From contig NC_043016.1 of NCBI RefSeq assembly GCF_006345805.1, positions 28,954,001 through 29,018,000 on the forward strand: a DNA stretch of 64,000 nucleotides. The letters run 5' to 3'. The notes under the pieces were generated by a model. That model ran no database searches, was not told the origin of the DNA, and was given only the letters and a program-made list of their open reading frames with translations. This DNA is from Octopus sinensis. Its lineage: Eukaryota. A program made the position numbers and the translations under genes. Shown piece after piece: positions 38,713 through 51,313 of this stretch; the first letter of the stretch is position 1, and each line of letters opens with the position of its first letter.

Positions 38713-38818
38713 TTAACCAACCAAAATGTGTTTAACCACAATAGAGGTTTCTTTTGAATATATTACAACATATTCAAAAGAAACCTCTATTATGGTTAAA
38801 CACATTTGGGTTGGTCAA
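38713..38818. repeat. Near-perfect hairpin (49-bp arms, 8-nt loop)
   Basis: 38713-38761 versus 38770-38818 with 3 mismatches. Confidence 0.9.
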
Positions 38819-39044
38819 TAACCTATAGATCATTCACTACTAGGTCATTGATTATCTTGCCTATAATTTTTATCACAAAGACCTACATACACATATGTAT
38901 GTATGTATGTATGTAGGTGTGTATGTATGTATGTACGTATGTACATATATATGTACACACACATGCATGCATGCATGCATGCATGCATGCATACATACAT
39001 ACATACATAATACATACATACATACATACATACATACATACATA

Positions 39045-39110
<66 letters not shown>

Positions 39111-39154
39111 ATACATACATACATACATACATACATACATACATACATACATAG

Positions 39155-39400
39155 GTGGCGAGCTGGAATGAAGGCGGCGAGCTGGCAGAAACGTTAGCAC
39201 ACCGGGCGAAATGCGTAGCCGTATTTCGTCTGCCGTTACGTTCTGAGTTCAAATTCCGCCGAGGTCGACTTTGCCTTTCATCCTTTCGGGCTTGATAAAT
39301 TAAGTACCAGTTCACTGGGGTCGATGCAATCGACTTAATCCATTTGTCTGTCCTTGTTTGTCCCCTCTGTGTTTAGCCCCTTGTGGGTAGTAAAGAAATA
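39155..39400 (+). mobile_element. tRNA-derived SINE family 2 (Meta-like core), duplicated head
   Basis: GGCGGCGAGCTGGCAGAA...GAGTTCAAATTCC...GACTTTGCCTTTCATCCTTTCGGG..GATAAATTAAGTACCAG. Other copies or fragments at ~1985-2110, 19330-19520, 19822-20040, 22150-22290, 23350-23720, 48815-49037, 55723-55957 and 58425-58657. The superfamily name is from memory. Confidence 0.8.
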
Positions 39401-39756
39401 TACATACATACATGCATACATATGTACATACGTACATGATGGCCATCCACTCGTGACCGAGGAAGACCATTGCCGACCTTCAGGAACATTGTGCGCTCTA
39501 GGACTAACTTATATTTTGCATTTGCGGTTCCGTTGGTGGCTAATGAGCCCTGCTCTTGACAAGCATACACGACTGCAACATACATACATACATGTCATAT
39601 ATATATCATATTTGCTACATCATACTTACTAGCTAACACCTGAAACAATAAATCTTGCAACTCTAAAGTTGTAACTGAAATCTTGATTGATTTCTCTATC
39701 AATCTACTTATCTATCTGTCCGTATAGACATGTATGTGTGTGTGAATACATACACA

Positions 39757-40824
39757 CACTGAACCAAAAAAGAAACGCGAGATGTGTGTGACTGCAAAAT
39801 ATGTTTTAATTTCATTATGTCAGGGATAAATTTTGATAAATCTGATAAAGTCAATTTCTAGGATGCAACATGACTACAGTCTATGGGTTATTGTCATGTG
39901 TTCTGGTAGTGGGAAAATCCAGCACATTGAGATTGTATAGTGTGATATGTTCAATACCATGTATGCCCTCTCTGGGTGTTCAAAATAGTCATACACCATT
40001 GGTACATGAAGTGCATGAGGTAGTTCACAAAAGCCATTGGCACTTGTGCCCACACCCTGACGAAATCTGCCTCCAGTTCCACATGAGTTGTTGCTCTTGG
40101 GACCACCTGGTTCAGCTGTCTCTGGATTTCATCCCACAGGTGTTCAATTGGGTTCAAATCAAGGCTGTGAGCCAGCCATGGCATGGTTCTGATGCTGTGC
40201 TGATGCAGGAAGTTCATGGTGACCCTGGCCATGTGGGAGGGAGCATTGTCCTGCTGGAACATGTGGCTATGGTGATGCACAAAGAAGGGCATGATGTGAG
40301 GTCTTAGGAACTGGTCAGCATGGCATTGTGCTGTGATTCCATTCCCTCTGCCTGTACCAACATTTTGGAACACATAGGGCCCAGTTCTATCTGGGCCTTA
40401 TTCTAGATGGTGCTGACATGGACATTGTAAGCTTTTGCAACAACCAGTGCACGCTGCCCTTCTTGCAATCGGCCGATAGCTTGTTCTCTTTGCGCTGCTG
40501 ACAATTGGGTCATACTTGATGCATCTAAATTACAAGTGCCAGGAACATGGTTCAAATTGAGTTTTATACCCCATAACTTCCATGAGATGCATGTGCATTT
40601 CGATTTTCCTGACAATTGCTTGCAAATGCCACCCATGGCATTCGATGCAGCTGCATTTTGACATCTTGTTTCAGGGAAAGTTGACAGTTTACCAACAATT
40701 TGGGTCTCAGCCATAAACCAGCATGACTTGGAATATTTACATTTACAGCCCCAAAATAAATTTTCAGAATTGACCATATAAAAATGACATTTGAAAAAAA
40801 TTGCATTTCTTTTGTGGTTCAGTG
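39757..40824 (-). mobile_element. Internally deleted Tc1-family (DD34E) transposon
   Basis: 22-bp TIRs CACTGAACCAAAAAAGAAACGC / GCATTTCTTTTGTGGTTCAGTG with TA at the right end. N-terminal HTH MTQLSAAQREQAIGRLQEG is joined to catalytic FQQDNAPSH...SLDLNPIEHLWDEI. Confidence 0.92.
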
Positions 40825-40860
40825 TATATATATGTATGTATGTATGTATGTGTGTATGTT

Positions 40861-41365
40861 GCATGATCGGGTCGTTGGTGACTAAACCGGCAACCCCACC
40901 AAGCTTGCTTGGTGAGGTGGGTGTTTATTGGACACCCTGCGGGATGAAAAACAAAACCCGTCAAAGGGCGGAGGAACTCTTGAGAGTCAACGGCCATCCA
41001 ATAAATGCCTTAAGGCTGTATCATGCGCGGGGACATAGAAATAATCGGACTGAATACTCGATCGCGCGATTAAACCATTGGGAGTGAAGGACTCCTAGCC
41101 TTTGTTAGGGCATCCTTCTAGGAGAAGGTAACTCAGGAAACTGGGATAACTCCGACATAAACCTGCGGCTCAGTGGTTTACCGATGATGTTTGATGACTT
41201 GTTCTTCTTTTCGGATTATGGCTGCTGTTGCTTAGTGAGTGGGATTGACTCAATGCACAGCCTTTCCTCACTTTAAAAAAAATCTTCTTGCACAGGCATT
41301 GCATGATAACAACATTGATTAAGCTTTGTGCAATGGCCATACTCAATAACGAGGGGGCAGCCACC
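40861..41365 (+). mobile_element. GC-rich structured insert resembling an RTE LINE 5' UTR
   Basis: CTAGGAGAAGGTAACTC...ATAAACC resembles RTE leader motifs as I remember them. Multiple hairpins; (TATG)n on both sides. Confidence 0.45.
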
Positions 41366-41394
41366 ATGTATGTATGTATGTATGTATCTATCTA

Positions 41395-41451
<57 letters not shown>

Positions 41452-41784
41452 CAATGGATGAATGAATTATCCTATGTTTACCGTTAACATGGAAAATTCA
41501 ATAAACCGTTACCAGGGTAACAAAATTCATGTCAGAAACATAGTTGAAGCGACCTATCCAAAGGTAGAAACTCCGGGTTAATGTGCAGTGATTTGTGTGT
41601 TATAAATGAATAAATAAATTAATTTGTTCTCAACTTATTATTCCTTTAACCCTTCTCTTCCTATTATCTGCCTTTGATGTCAAATCTACTAACGGTTTTT
41701 TTAAATACTTAATAACGTTCTGTTTATCATGTAGGCAGTCATCGTAATTGTTATAATGTCTTGTTGTTGAGAGAGGCTCTTTTT

Positions 41785-41866
41785 CTTTCCTGATGAGAAG
41801 ATTGCATTTTACACTGTTTATTCCTTTGAAATAAAACTATGTTGTCTTCGAAACATATGTCGAAAG
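41785..41866 (+). ncRNA. Type-I minimal hammerhead ribozyme with canonical core (PLE 3' end)
   Basis: Stem I CTTTC/GAAAG (extends to ~12 bp); CTGATGA 41790-41796; stem II GAAGA/TCTTC; GAAA 41850-41853; self-complementary stem III ACATATGT; GUC site ending at 41861. Confidence 0.85.
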
Positions 41867-41913
41867 TAAAAGAATTTTATTAACATCTTCGTTCAACTCC
41901 ATTTATTTATTTA

Positions 41914-41951
<38 letters not shown>

Positions 41952-41983
41952 CATATATACAAACACACACACACACACCACAT

Positions 41984-42018
<35 letters not shown>

Positions 42019-42023
42019 CAAAC

Positions 42024-42078
<55 letters not shown>

Positions 42079-42570
42079 TATATGGGTACAGGATATCACC
42101 ACAGTAAACAAGATGTGTGTGTTGTGTATATATATATATATATTACTATATTATATATATAATATTTATCAGATGTTTAATATATCTATCTTTTGTCTAT
42201 CAAATTCTGTATGTTTGGTTGAATGATAAAACATGTGGATGATTAATTATATGACTGTGGGTTACACCTTAGATACAGACATTGTGTGGGACCACAAACT
42301 CCACCACTATCAGCAAATATATCTTCCTGAGAAATATGTTCCAAGTCTTTTAAATGAAGAGATGCAATCTAACATTTCTGGCAATTTTTTTATCCCTTAA
42401 TTATTCCTTGTTAGACTCAAACATTTTAATGATTGCACGAAATACAATGTGATTGTTCTGGGATTTCATGTGCTGGCTTTACTGCTGAATCAAATATCTT
42501 AACCATTTCAAAATAGTGACTACTTTGAATATTGTTTTATGTTCTTGGGAGAGAGAGGTAAGGAGTGAAG

Positions 42571-42620
<50 letters not shown>

Positions 42621-44849
42621 ATGTGGAAGGAATTGTCAGAATTCTAAAGTACACTCAGACTTCTTGCCAATTATTACAGTAATATTTGAGGCACAACAGT
42701 TGCTCAGCTGTTGTTATAAACATTGCAGACGTACCCTTCCCCAATTACTTTACAAATCAGATCTCTAACAGATGAAACAAAGTAGTGTCTCAAACCATGG
42801 TCTTACCTACATTTATTGATGGGTAGGAGTAAAGTGGGAGTGGAGGGCAGGTTGTTGAATATTATTAAGAAGTATTGACAAAGATATGCCTACTGCACTG
42901 TGTAAGTTGGACGCTTCCATAAAGGAGTTCTGCTTTGGCTCGCTCAATGCTCTATTTTCAGATGTCGAATGATATGAAGAATGAGAAAATTTAGTAACTG
43001 GTGAAAGATTCACCTAACCCTAACCTACCTTTCGATCATGTCAATATCACCGCAATTATTTATTGACAAATTGACAAATTAACAGTCAAAATTTAAAAAT
43101 TTAATATAAATTATTCCAATAGTATTCCATTACTCTTTACTCTTTTTACTTGTTTCAGTCATTTGACTGCGGCCATGCTGGAGCACCACCTTTAGTCGAG
43201 CAAATTGACCCTGGGACTTATTCTTTGTAAGCCCAGTACTTATTCTATCGGTCTCTTTTGCCGAACCGCTAAGTGACGGGGGACGTAAACACACCAGCAT
43301 CGGTTGTCAAGCAATGCTAGGGGGACAGACACAGACACACACTTATATATATATACATATATACGACAGGCTTCTTTCAGTTTCCGTCTACCAAATCCAC
43401 TCACAAGGCATTGGTCGGCCCGGGGCTATAGCAGAAGACACTTGCCCAAGATGCCACGCAGTGGGACTGAACCCGGAACCATGTGGTTGGTTAGCAAGCT
43501 ACTTACCACACAGCCACTCCTGCGCCATTGTATGTTAAAAAAACAAAACTGAACAAAATAAGAGATTGAGAAGATTCTTAATTTAAAGCAGTTACAAATA
43601 TTTTTTTTTTTGTCTAATAAAAGGAAAAGAATATTGGCTTTAATATAATTTCATAACATTTGATATTTAATTAATGATGAATGCTTGTCATGCATATAAC
43701 AGATTTCAGGGATTGTTTTGTTGGTGCCATTGTAATTGTGTAATTTTTGTAATTTTAAATATTGATCTAAAATTTTTCTGAATTAATTTCTATGCTGTAT
43801 AAATCTTCCGAAATCACCTTCTACAGAAGCCTATTTCAATGAGTGTATGTGTATGTGTGTGTGTGTCCTCTCTCTCTCTCTCTCTCTGTGAAATTGCTCT
43901 GTGAAATTGCCTCTTTGTAAATTTACAAACCAATTCAACCACTCTCTACATAGTAAAACATATTAAAGTGATGATGATGATGATGATGATGATAATAATT
44001 GAGATAATGATATTTTCAAATATTAGATGGTTTATTAAAATATATTGGTCTCATATTTGTTATGATTGTAATATTAGAATAAATTTGTTAATTGCTACAC
44101 AAAAATATATTTTAAAGAATGATGTTGTTGGGTCAGAGTGACAATTTTAAGAATTTGGCATTAATGTTTGATGAATGTGCTAACTGTTTTATACCATTAT
44201 TGCAAGACAAGTTCTGTCTTAGGGACCTTAAAGAGGAATTGCAACACCTGTTTAGCAATAAAGTATATGAATGATACATCAGCCTTGTTGTCTTCAAAGG
44301 TGACTTTTATATACACAAACAGTTTCTGTACTTGATAATATGTATGTATATTTTTATGTATATATATATGCATGCATATATGTATGTATGTATGTGTGTG
44401 TGTATGTGTGTGTGTATGTATGTATGTATGTATGTATGTATGTATGTATGTATGTTTTATGCATGCATGCATGTATGTATGTATGTATGTAATGTATGTA
44501 TGTAGTATGTATGTATGTATGTATGTATGTATGTATGTATGTATGTAGTTCAGTTTTATTTCAAGACTTCTTGCCAATAGAGAAAGAGCCTTCATTAGAA
44601 TTTCATCATCAACAAAAGGGTATTTTTGTTTGTACGTATGTATGTTTGTATATATGTATGTACGTCATTATTAAGTCTATTTCAAGATTTCTTGCCAATA
44701 GAGAAAGAACTGGTTTCTAACCTAAATCCAAGGCTCTTTCATTGGAATTTCAACATCAACAAAAGGGTATTTTTGTATGTATGTATGTATGTGCAGATTT
44801 GTATGTTTTGCTTTATGTATGTATTCTTATGCATGTAGTTGCATATCTA

Positions 44850-45815
44850 GACATGCTCATATATATTTAAATGATAAACTTCTGGTAAGTTTTACAAATT
44901 TTTACAGTTCCAGTGATGGACTGGATCTGTAGTCTTTGAATTAGCTTTCTCCTTTCTGGTTTTGAGAAGCCTAATTTCTAAAGATTGGCATTTAGGCAGT
45001 GTGTTACATATCACAAGGCCCCAATAATTACTGGTATAAACCTGAACTTGTAATCTGAATAGAGTAACTGTAGATCCTCAATAGTTCAGCATAGGTATTC
45101 TCTTTTTCACTGATCTTCAGCTTTATGTTAACATCCGATGGGCAGCTAATTTCCACAACTGTGCACAGTTTATCTTCTCTATCCCTAATCATTATATCAG
45201 GTCTGTTGTGCTTACATTTTATTGAGGTCTTCACTGGGACACTCCACCAGTACTTCTTTTTGTTATCATGAGTGGCTATGGTTTCAACCATACTGTGGGT
45301 TCTTATTTTTTTGTCCTTGGGGATATTCTTCCAATGGATTTCATTATAGAGTATCCTAGTTACATCATATATTGTTGGTAGATAATACCATGATGACATT
45401 TTTGGACAACTCCTTATGATGTGTGTGATATCTTCAGTGTTAACTCCACAAAGTCTGCATCGATTGTCACATTTTACTGCTTCCTGCATCTCTATCCCTT
45501 TTGTGCATTAGGTATTTGGTTGGTATTTCTTGTTCCTGGATTGTAAACGGATACCTTTCGAAGTGAGAGGCAGTAATCTGGCTATTGGTCCTTAATAGAC
45601 TGCTTTGATGATTAATGTTACTATCATCACGGAGCTTTCTACTAACATATCCATGCTTAGTCTTCTGCTCATATAGGCTCATTTTTTCATCTGATGACAT
45701 GTTGTGGTAGAGTTGTGCAACTTCTTTGGGCATGTATTCTAGGTTATCAGACAAGGAATATTGCTCAAGGAGCTGCCTACCAAGTCTTATCATGTTATCA
45801 GCCTCATGTATGTGT
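44850..45815 (-). mobile_element. R4/Dong-like RLE LINE 3' fragment
   Basis: ORFs 45467-45793 and 45028-45489: CRLCGVNTEDITHIIRSC zinc knuckle, KHNRPDIMIRD, VVEISCP, KISEKENTY. Confidence 0.85.
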
Positions 45816-46109
45816 ATATGTATGTATTTATGTTATCTATGTATACATCTATGTATGTATGTATGTTATGTATGTAGGTATGCATATATATAAGCCTGTA
45901 TGTAAACATGAATGTATGTGTGTATGTATGTATTGCATGTATGCAATGTATGTACTTATGTATCCATGCATGTATGTATGCATACAGGCATGCATGTCTA
46001 TTTATGTTATGTATGTAGGTTATGTATGTATGCATGTATGTAAGCATCTATGTATGTATGTTCACCTCGAAAATGAAGATTGTTTCAGCCAATATACCTC
46101 CCTCCCCCA

Positions 46110-46620
46110 GGGTCACTTGATGAGGAGGCTGTGGAAGAGGTTAAGGAGTTCAAATATCTTGGATCCACATTTACCACCACTGGCCAGGGGAAGGATGAGA
46201 TCTTGATTAGAATCAATCATGCATGGTGGGCCTTCTGCCACCTCCGTAAGTGCTTGTCAGGAAACCCACCTCATGATGAAATGCCATATTTACCAGGTGC
46301 TTGTCTAAATGGTTCTCCTCTATGGTTGTGAGACCTGGCCAATGTGTGTTGCTGATCTCCAGAAGCTTGAGGTCTTCAATTGCTTCTGTATTTGTCATGT
46401 TCTCTAACAGTGTATCTCACACTGCATTTTGAACCAACAACTTTACGCTCACTGCAGTCTCTCACCTCATGAGGGAAGTTTTCTGATGAGGAAACTATGG
46501 TGGTTTGGTCGTGACATTGTGACACCACATGATGAATTCATCTGAAAGGTGGTAGCATTAGATCCTCCCCAGATTGGTAGAGAAGATTGCTCCCTAACCC
46601 TATGGTTTCAGCTTCAGTTC
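46110..46620 (+). mobile_element. RTE LINE RT-thumb fragment
   Basis: LDEEAVEEVKEFKYLGSTFTTTG....EILIRI. Confidence 0.75.
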
Positions 46621-46639
46621 CACTGCATACTACCTTGGT

Positions 46640-46993
46640 CAGGTGTTTTCTATGATGATCCCAGGCTATTTTTCACACACTGACACCTAAAATATTCTGC
46701 TGTCAGAGTGCAGTTATTCAGCAAGCTCATGGATTGTGACTGGTCTCTCTGTGCGAATTAATTTGTCCAATCACTGGTGATTCATTTCATTCTTCTTAGT
46801 GATGGTCTCCCCACTGAATTGATTGTGCTCAATGCTGGTTTCTCTTTTTTTAAACTTATCCATCTGTGTACATTGTTCTTGTCACCATGCCATCTCTGTA
46901 AACAAGCTATAGACTTCTACAGATGATAGACAGCCTGCACTCCACCTTCATCAATAACTCAATGACAGTATGTTGCTTCTGCTTGAAATCCAT
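46640..46993 (-). mobile_element. Decayed mariner transposase N-terminal HTH remnant
   Basis: MDFKQKQHTVIELLMK...VYRDG...SGRPS...LIRTERPVTIHELAE, with stops and frameshifts. Confidence 0.55.
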
Positions 46994-47449
46994 TATTTCA
47001 TGCAATGAAGAGCAAGAAAATGAGTTACTCTACTAGCAAGTTTAATTTAAACAACACATGTTCAATTAAAAAAAAAATTTAATCACCTTTGCTATCTTTT
47101 TTATATTGCATGAAAGCACCCAGTACACTCTGAAAAGTGTTTGATGTTAGAAGGGAATTCAGATGTAAAAACCTTGCAAAAGCAGACATTGAAGCACAGT
47201 ATGGTTCTCGGGTTTGCACTATCTTGTTGAACTTTCTAACCCATGCTGCATGGAATACATATGATGAGGATGAAGATGATAATGATGATGATATATAAAT
47301 ACACATGCGCACATGCACACACACACACACACACACAAATTTACATTCACATCAATCTCAATACATACATCACGACCAGGGTTGGTAGACGAGCACAAAT
47401 GCAGTTTCTATGAATCCCTTCTGGAGATGACAAATGACAAATGACAAAT

Positions 47450-50400
47450 GACATTGACCTTATTATTGCAGCTGGTGACCTCAGCAGACATCATGTTGAA
47501 CAACAACATGACATCTTCCAGGTTGCACATGGAGACTATGGAGGAGATGTATAAGGAATGAGGAAGGGTTACAGCACTAACTTCAAGAAACCAGCCAACC
47601 ACCTAATCACAAACCAATCAAGTAAATGGTAAAGTCAGATAGATTTCATTCTCACCATACTATGGGATAAACAGATGGCTGACTGAGAATGCTAATTGTT
47701 TCCCAAATGAAGAATAACGACTTCGATTGAACTCTTATTCTATGTTGGACAAAGACTCAAGACAACTGGGAGAAGAAAGACATAGAAACTTAAAGCACCA
47801 CTAAACAGTCAGACGTTTAAAGAATTACTACTTGAAAAGGAGATAGCAACTTGCAATACAAGGTAAACTGGGAGTATCTACTGAAGGGTTACAGAAAAAG
47901 ATATGTGGGAAGAATAATGCCTCATCATCATCATCATCGTTTAGCGTCCGTTTTCAATGCTAGCATGGGTTGGACGGTTCAACTGGGGTCTGTGAAGCCG
48001 GAAGGCTTCATCAGTCCCAGTCAGATATGGCAGTGTTTCTACGGCTGGATGCCCTTCCTAATGCCAACCACTCCGTGAGTGTAGTGGGTGCTTTTTACGT
48101 GCCATCCACACAGGTGCCAGACAGAGCTGGCAAACGGCCACGAACGGATGGTGCTTTTATGTGCCACCGGCACGGGGGCCAGGCGAGGCTGGCAACGGAC
48201 ACGAACGGATGGTGCTTTTTACGTGCCACCAGCACGAGGCCAGTTGGGGTGGCGCTGACAATGGTCACGAACGGATGGTTCTCTTACATGCCACCAGCAC
48301 TGGTAACTCATCTGCAATTTCCATTGATCGATTTCGATTCTGATCCTCACTTGCCTCAACAGGTCTTCACAAGTAGAGTTTTGTGTCCCAAGAAGGGAAG
48401 GTATGCATACGTAGGCTGGCTCCATCAATATGAAAAATGATATGGTGGTTGAAGAGTGTTGTAGATAGGGCTATAAGAGTAAAAAGAAATGCTTGATCAG
48501 ACTGGAAGAAAGGTGAGAGCAAAGAAAAATATCAAATAACTAAAAGAGAAGCGGAATGTCATACTTAGCAAGAGGAAAGACAGAAAATCAGAAGTTAGCA
48601 CATGTTTTGCAGCATGAGGATCAGAGATAGATGGTGTTCAGAATAGCAACACAATGAAAAGGAAAAAAGCATTTAAGTGCTACTATGAGAGACTACTGAA
48701 TGTAGAGAATGCAGGGGAGAGAAGGAGCCTATCCCAATTAGAACCAACAAAAAATGAAAAAAAAAAATAGCAGTCACTCTAAGTTGACAGTAATATGGTA
48801 GATAGGGCTATTTAGGGCAGCAAGCTGGCAGAATCGCTAGCATGCCGGGCAAAATGCTTAGTGGTATTTCGTCTGCGGTTATGTTCTGAGTTCAAATTCT
48901 GCCGAGGTTGACTTTGCCTTTCATCCTTTCAGGGTCAATTAAATAAGTACCAGTTATGCACTGGGGTCGGTGTAATCCCTTTGTATGTCCTTGTTTGTCC
49001 CCTCTATGTCTAGCCCCTTGTGGGCAATAAAGAAATAAGATAGGTGCTATTTAAGATATGAAGCTAAAGAAAGGAACTATTTTGTAAACAGTCACTGAGA
49101 TGCTTAACCCTTAAGAGACAACAGGGTCGATCTATCAGCTGAAAAGTCAAATGATGAAGAAGATGACAAGACCAATCCATCAACCCGATAATACAATCTT
49201 TGAGGTTAGCTGGCTGGTCTTCATACCAGCGAATCAGATTGCTTCTTGCATTTCTTGCACATCTGAGACTTTCAATGGCAGCTTCCATGACACTTTGTTG
49301 TGTTTGGTGATTTTACATCAATTTGTGTTCCAAGTGAGCTTCATGAAATTTCAACATGTGCAACAGTGACACTGATGAAAATATCTTTAGCAAGTCTGAT
49401 TTCTCCCAGCCTGAATCTGACACTGAATCTCCCAGTGTCTGGGAGATTCAGTGTCCCAGAATCTGTCACTGAATCTCCCAGTGAATCTGACACTGAAACT
49501 GGTGAAAACAACCAGGAAAGTAATGGAGAATATCAAAATGATGATTATGTTTTGAACCCTTGGTTTATGAGTAGGGATACTGAACTAATAGAGATGATCC
49601 CTTTGAATTCTTAGAAAATACAGAGCCTAACCCAGAGGAATACTTTATGCTGTTTTTCACATGGAATCTCATTAAAATGTTTATCTGAGAAACCAATAAG
49701 TATGTTGCTGACTTTCTCAGGAATACTCAGTTCAAGAGGAGGTTTCCAGGTCATAAATTGTTCCATCTTCTTGGCACTGAAACTTCAAATGAGGCTCTGT
49801 CTCCAAAGAGTTAAAATATCTGGAGAAGTAGAATACTGGTTAGTCTCTTGAATAGTCTATCACGTTATATAAGAAGGCAGTAACATTATTGTAAACTGTT
49901 ACAAAGGCAAAGGAGATTCTCTAAACAGAGAAAACTATAGAATTATCAAGTTGCTGGATCAGATCGTGAATGTTGCAGGAAGAGTTATAGCAAAATTGAT
50001 TTGAAAAAGGATTAGTTTGGTTGAGATGCAGTTTGATTTTGTAACTGAAAAAGGCACCACAGATGTCAACTTCCTGGTGAAACAACTACTAGAGGAATAC
50101 TGAGATAGAATTAAACCTTTATCCCTAGCATTTGTAGAACTTGAGAAAGCCTCTCACTCTGTCATCTTGTGGACAAGGGATAGATGAATGACTTACAAGG
50201 GCTTTACAAACTATGTATGAAGTGGCAGTAAGCATGATGAAAGTTAATGAGTACAGCAGAGAATTTAGCAAGTAGATAGGTAGGGGGCATCAGGGCTTTG
50301 TCCTCAGTTCTCCTGTTTATTAATGGCCCTCCAAGTCATAATAGAAGCAAGACCATGGGAACTCCTGTATGCTGATGGTGTTGTTCTTACAGCAGAAGAT

Positions 50401-50500
50401 TTGAAGAAGAAATTCCAAACATGAAAGTAAAATCTAAAATTGAAAGGGGTTAAGGTAAACTTAGCCAAGACTAGAGTTAGGCTAAGTTAAAAAGAAGATA
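47450..50500 (+). mobile_element. Decayed RTE LINE (APE endonuclease and RT) carrying three nested insertions
   Basis: APE remnants (GDLSRH..HGDYG..KKPANHLIT..SQIDFIL) at ~47460-47720 and RT remnants to ~50480. Interrupted by an RTE tail (47923-48432, -), a SINE2 (48815-49037) and a piggyBac derivative (49108-49810). Confidence 0.7.
49108..49810 (+). mobile_element. Internally deleted piggyBac-like transposon
   Basis: TTAA TSD at 49104-49107 and 49811-49814; imperfect TIR CCCTTAAGAGAC / GTCTCCAAAGAG. Acidic ESDTE region followed by P.EYFMLFFT...ETNKY (PGBD N-terminal motif). Removing the insert restores the RTE frame (EMLKISG). Confidence 0.75.
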
Positions 50501-50834
50501 GGACATACATATATATATATAGGGTGTGATGGATAAATAGTTGCCATTTTATATTTTTAATTTCATGCATTGTTTGTTTTTGATTTTGTTGACTACACAG
50601 TATAGTAGGGGCAGTCGGGCACCATCTGTGAAAAAAACAGCAGCATGACGCAATTCACTCTGCCAGAAATTTGGAAATGACATGCTGTACTGCTTGGCAT
50701 TTGTGCTGGATGCTCCAAAGAGAACAGATGGTGAACACAGAGAACAACTATTGTCTAGACTAGAGCAACATGAACAGAAGCATTTTGCACAAAAACACCA
50801 ATGATCCAGAAATCAAAACTACAATCTTACGACC

Positions 50835-50871
<37 letters not shown>

Positions 50872-50930
50872 AGGTCATCAGTAGTTTCATATATTTGAAA
50901 AAAGAAGGACATTCTAAAACATTAGAGCAG

Positions 50931-50991
<61 letters not shown>

Positions 50992-51313
50992 TCATCATCA
51001 TCATCATCATTTAACGTCCGTTTTCCATGCTAGCATGGGTTGGATGGTTCGACCGGGGATCTGGAAAACCAGGAGGCTGCACCAGGCTTCAGTTTGATCT
51101 GGCAGTGTTTCTACAGCTCGATGCCCTTCCTAACGCCAACCACTCTGTGAGTGTAGTGGGTGCTTTTTATGTGCCACCGGCACAGGAGCCAGGGGAGGCT
51201 GGCAATGGCCACAATCGGTTGGTGCTTCTTATGTGTCACTGGTACAGACACCTGTCAAGGTCGCGCTATATATATATATACACACACACATATAAATACA
51301 TATGTATACACAC

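Noticed and set aside
42250-42400. 49-aa ORF MTVGYTLDTDIVWDHKLHH...
   Set aside because: Short, no recognisable motif and no splice support.
50519-50940. Possible mariner 5' end (TAGGGTG start, MTQFTLPEIWK*HAVLLG)
   Set aside because: Only one end and a short disrupted peptide; too weak to list as a feature.
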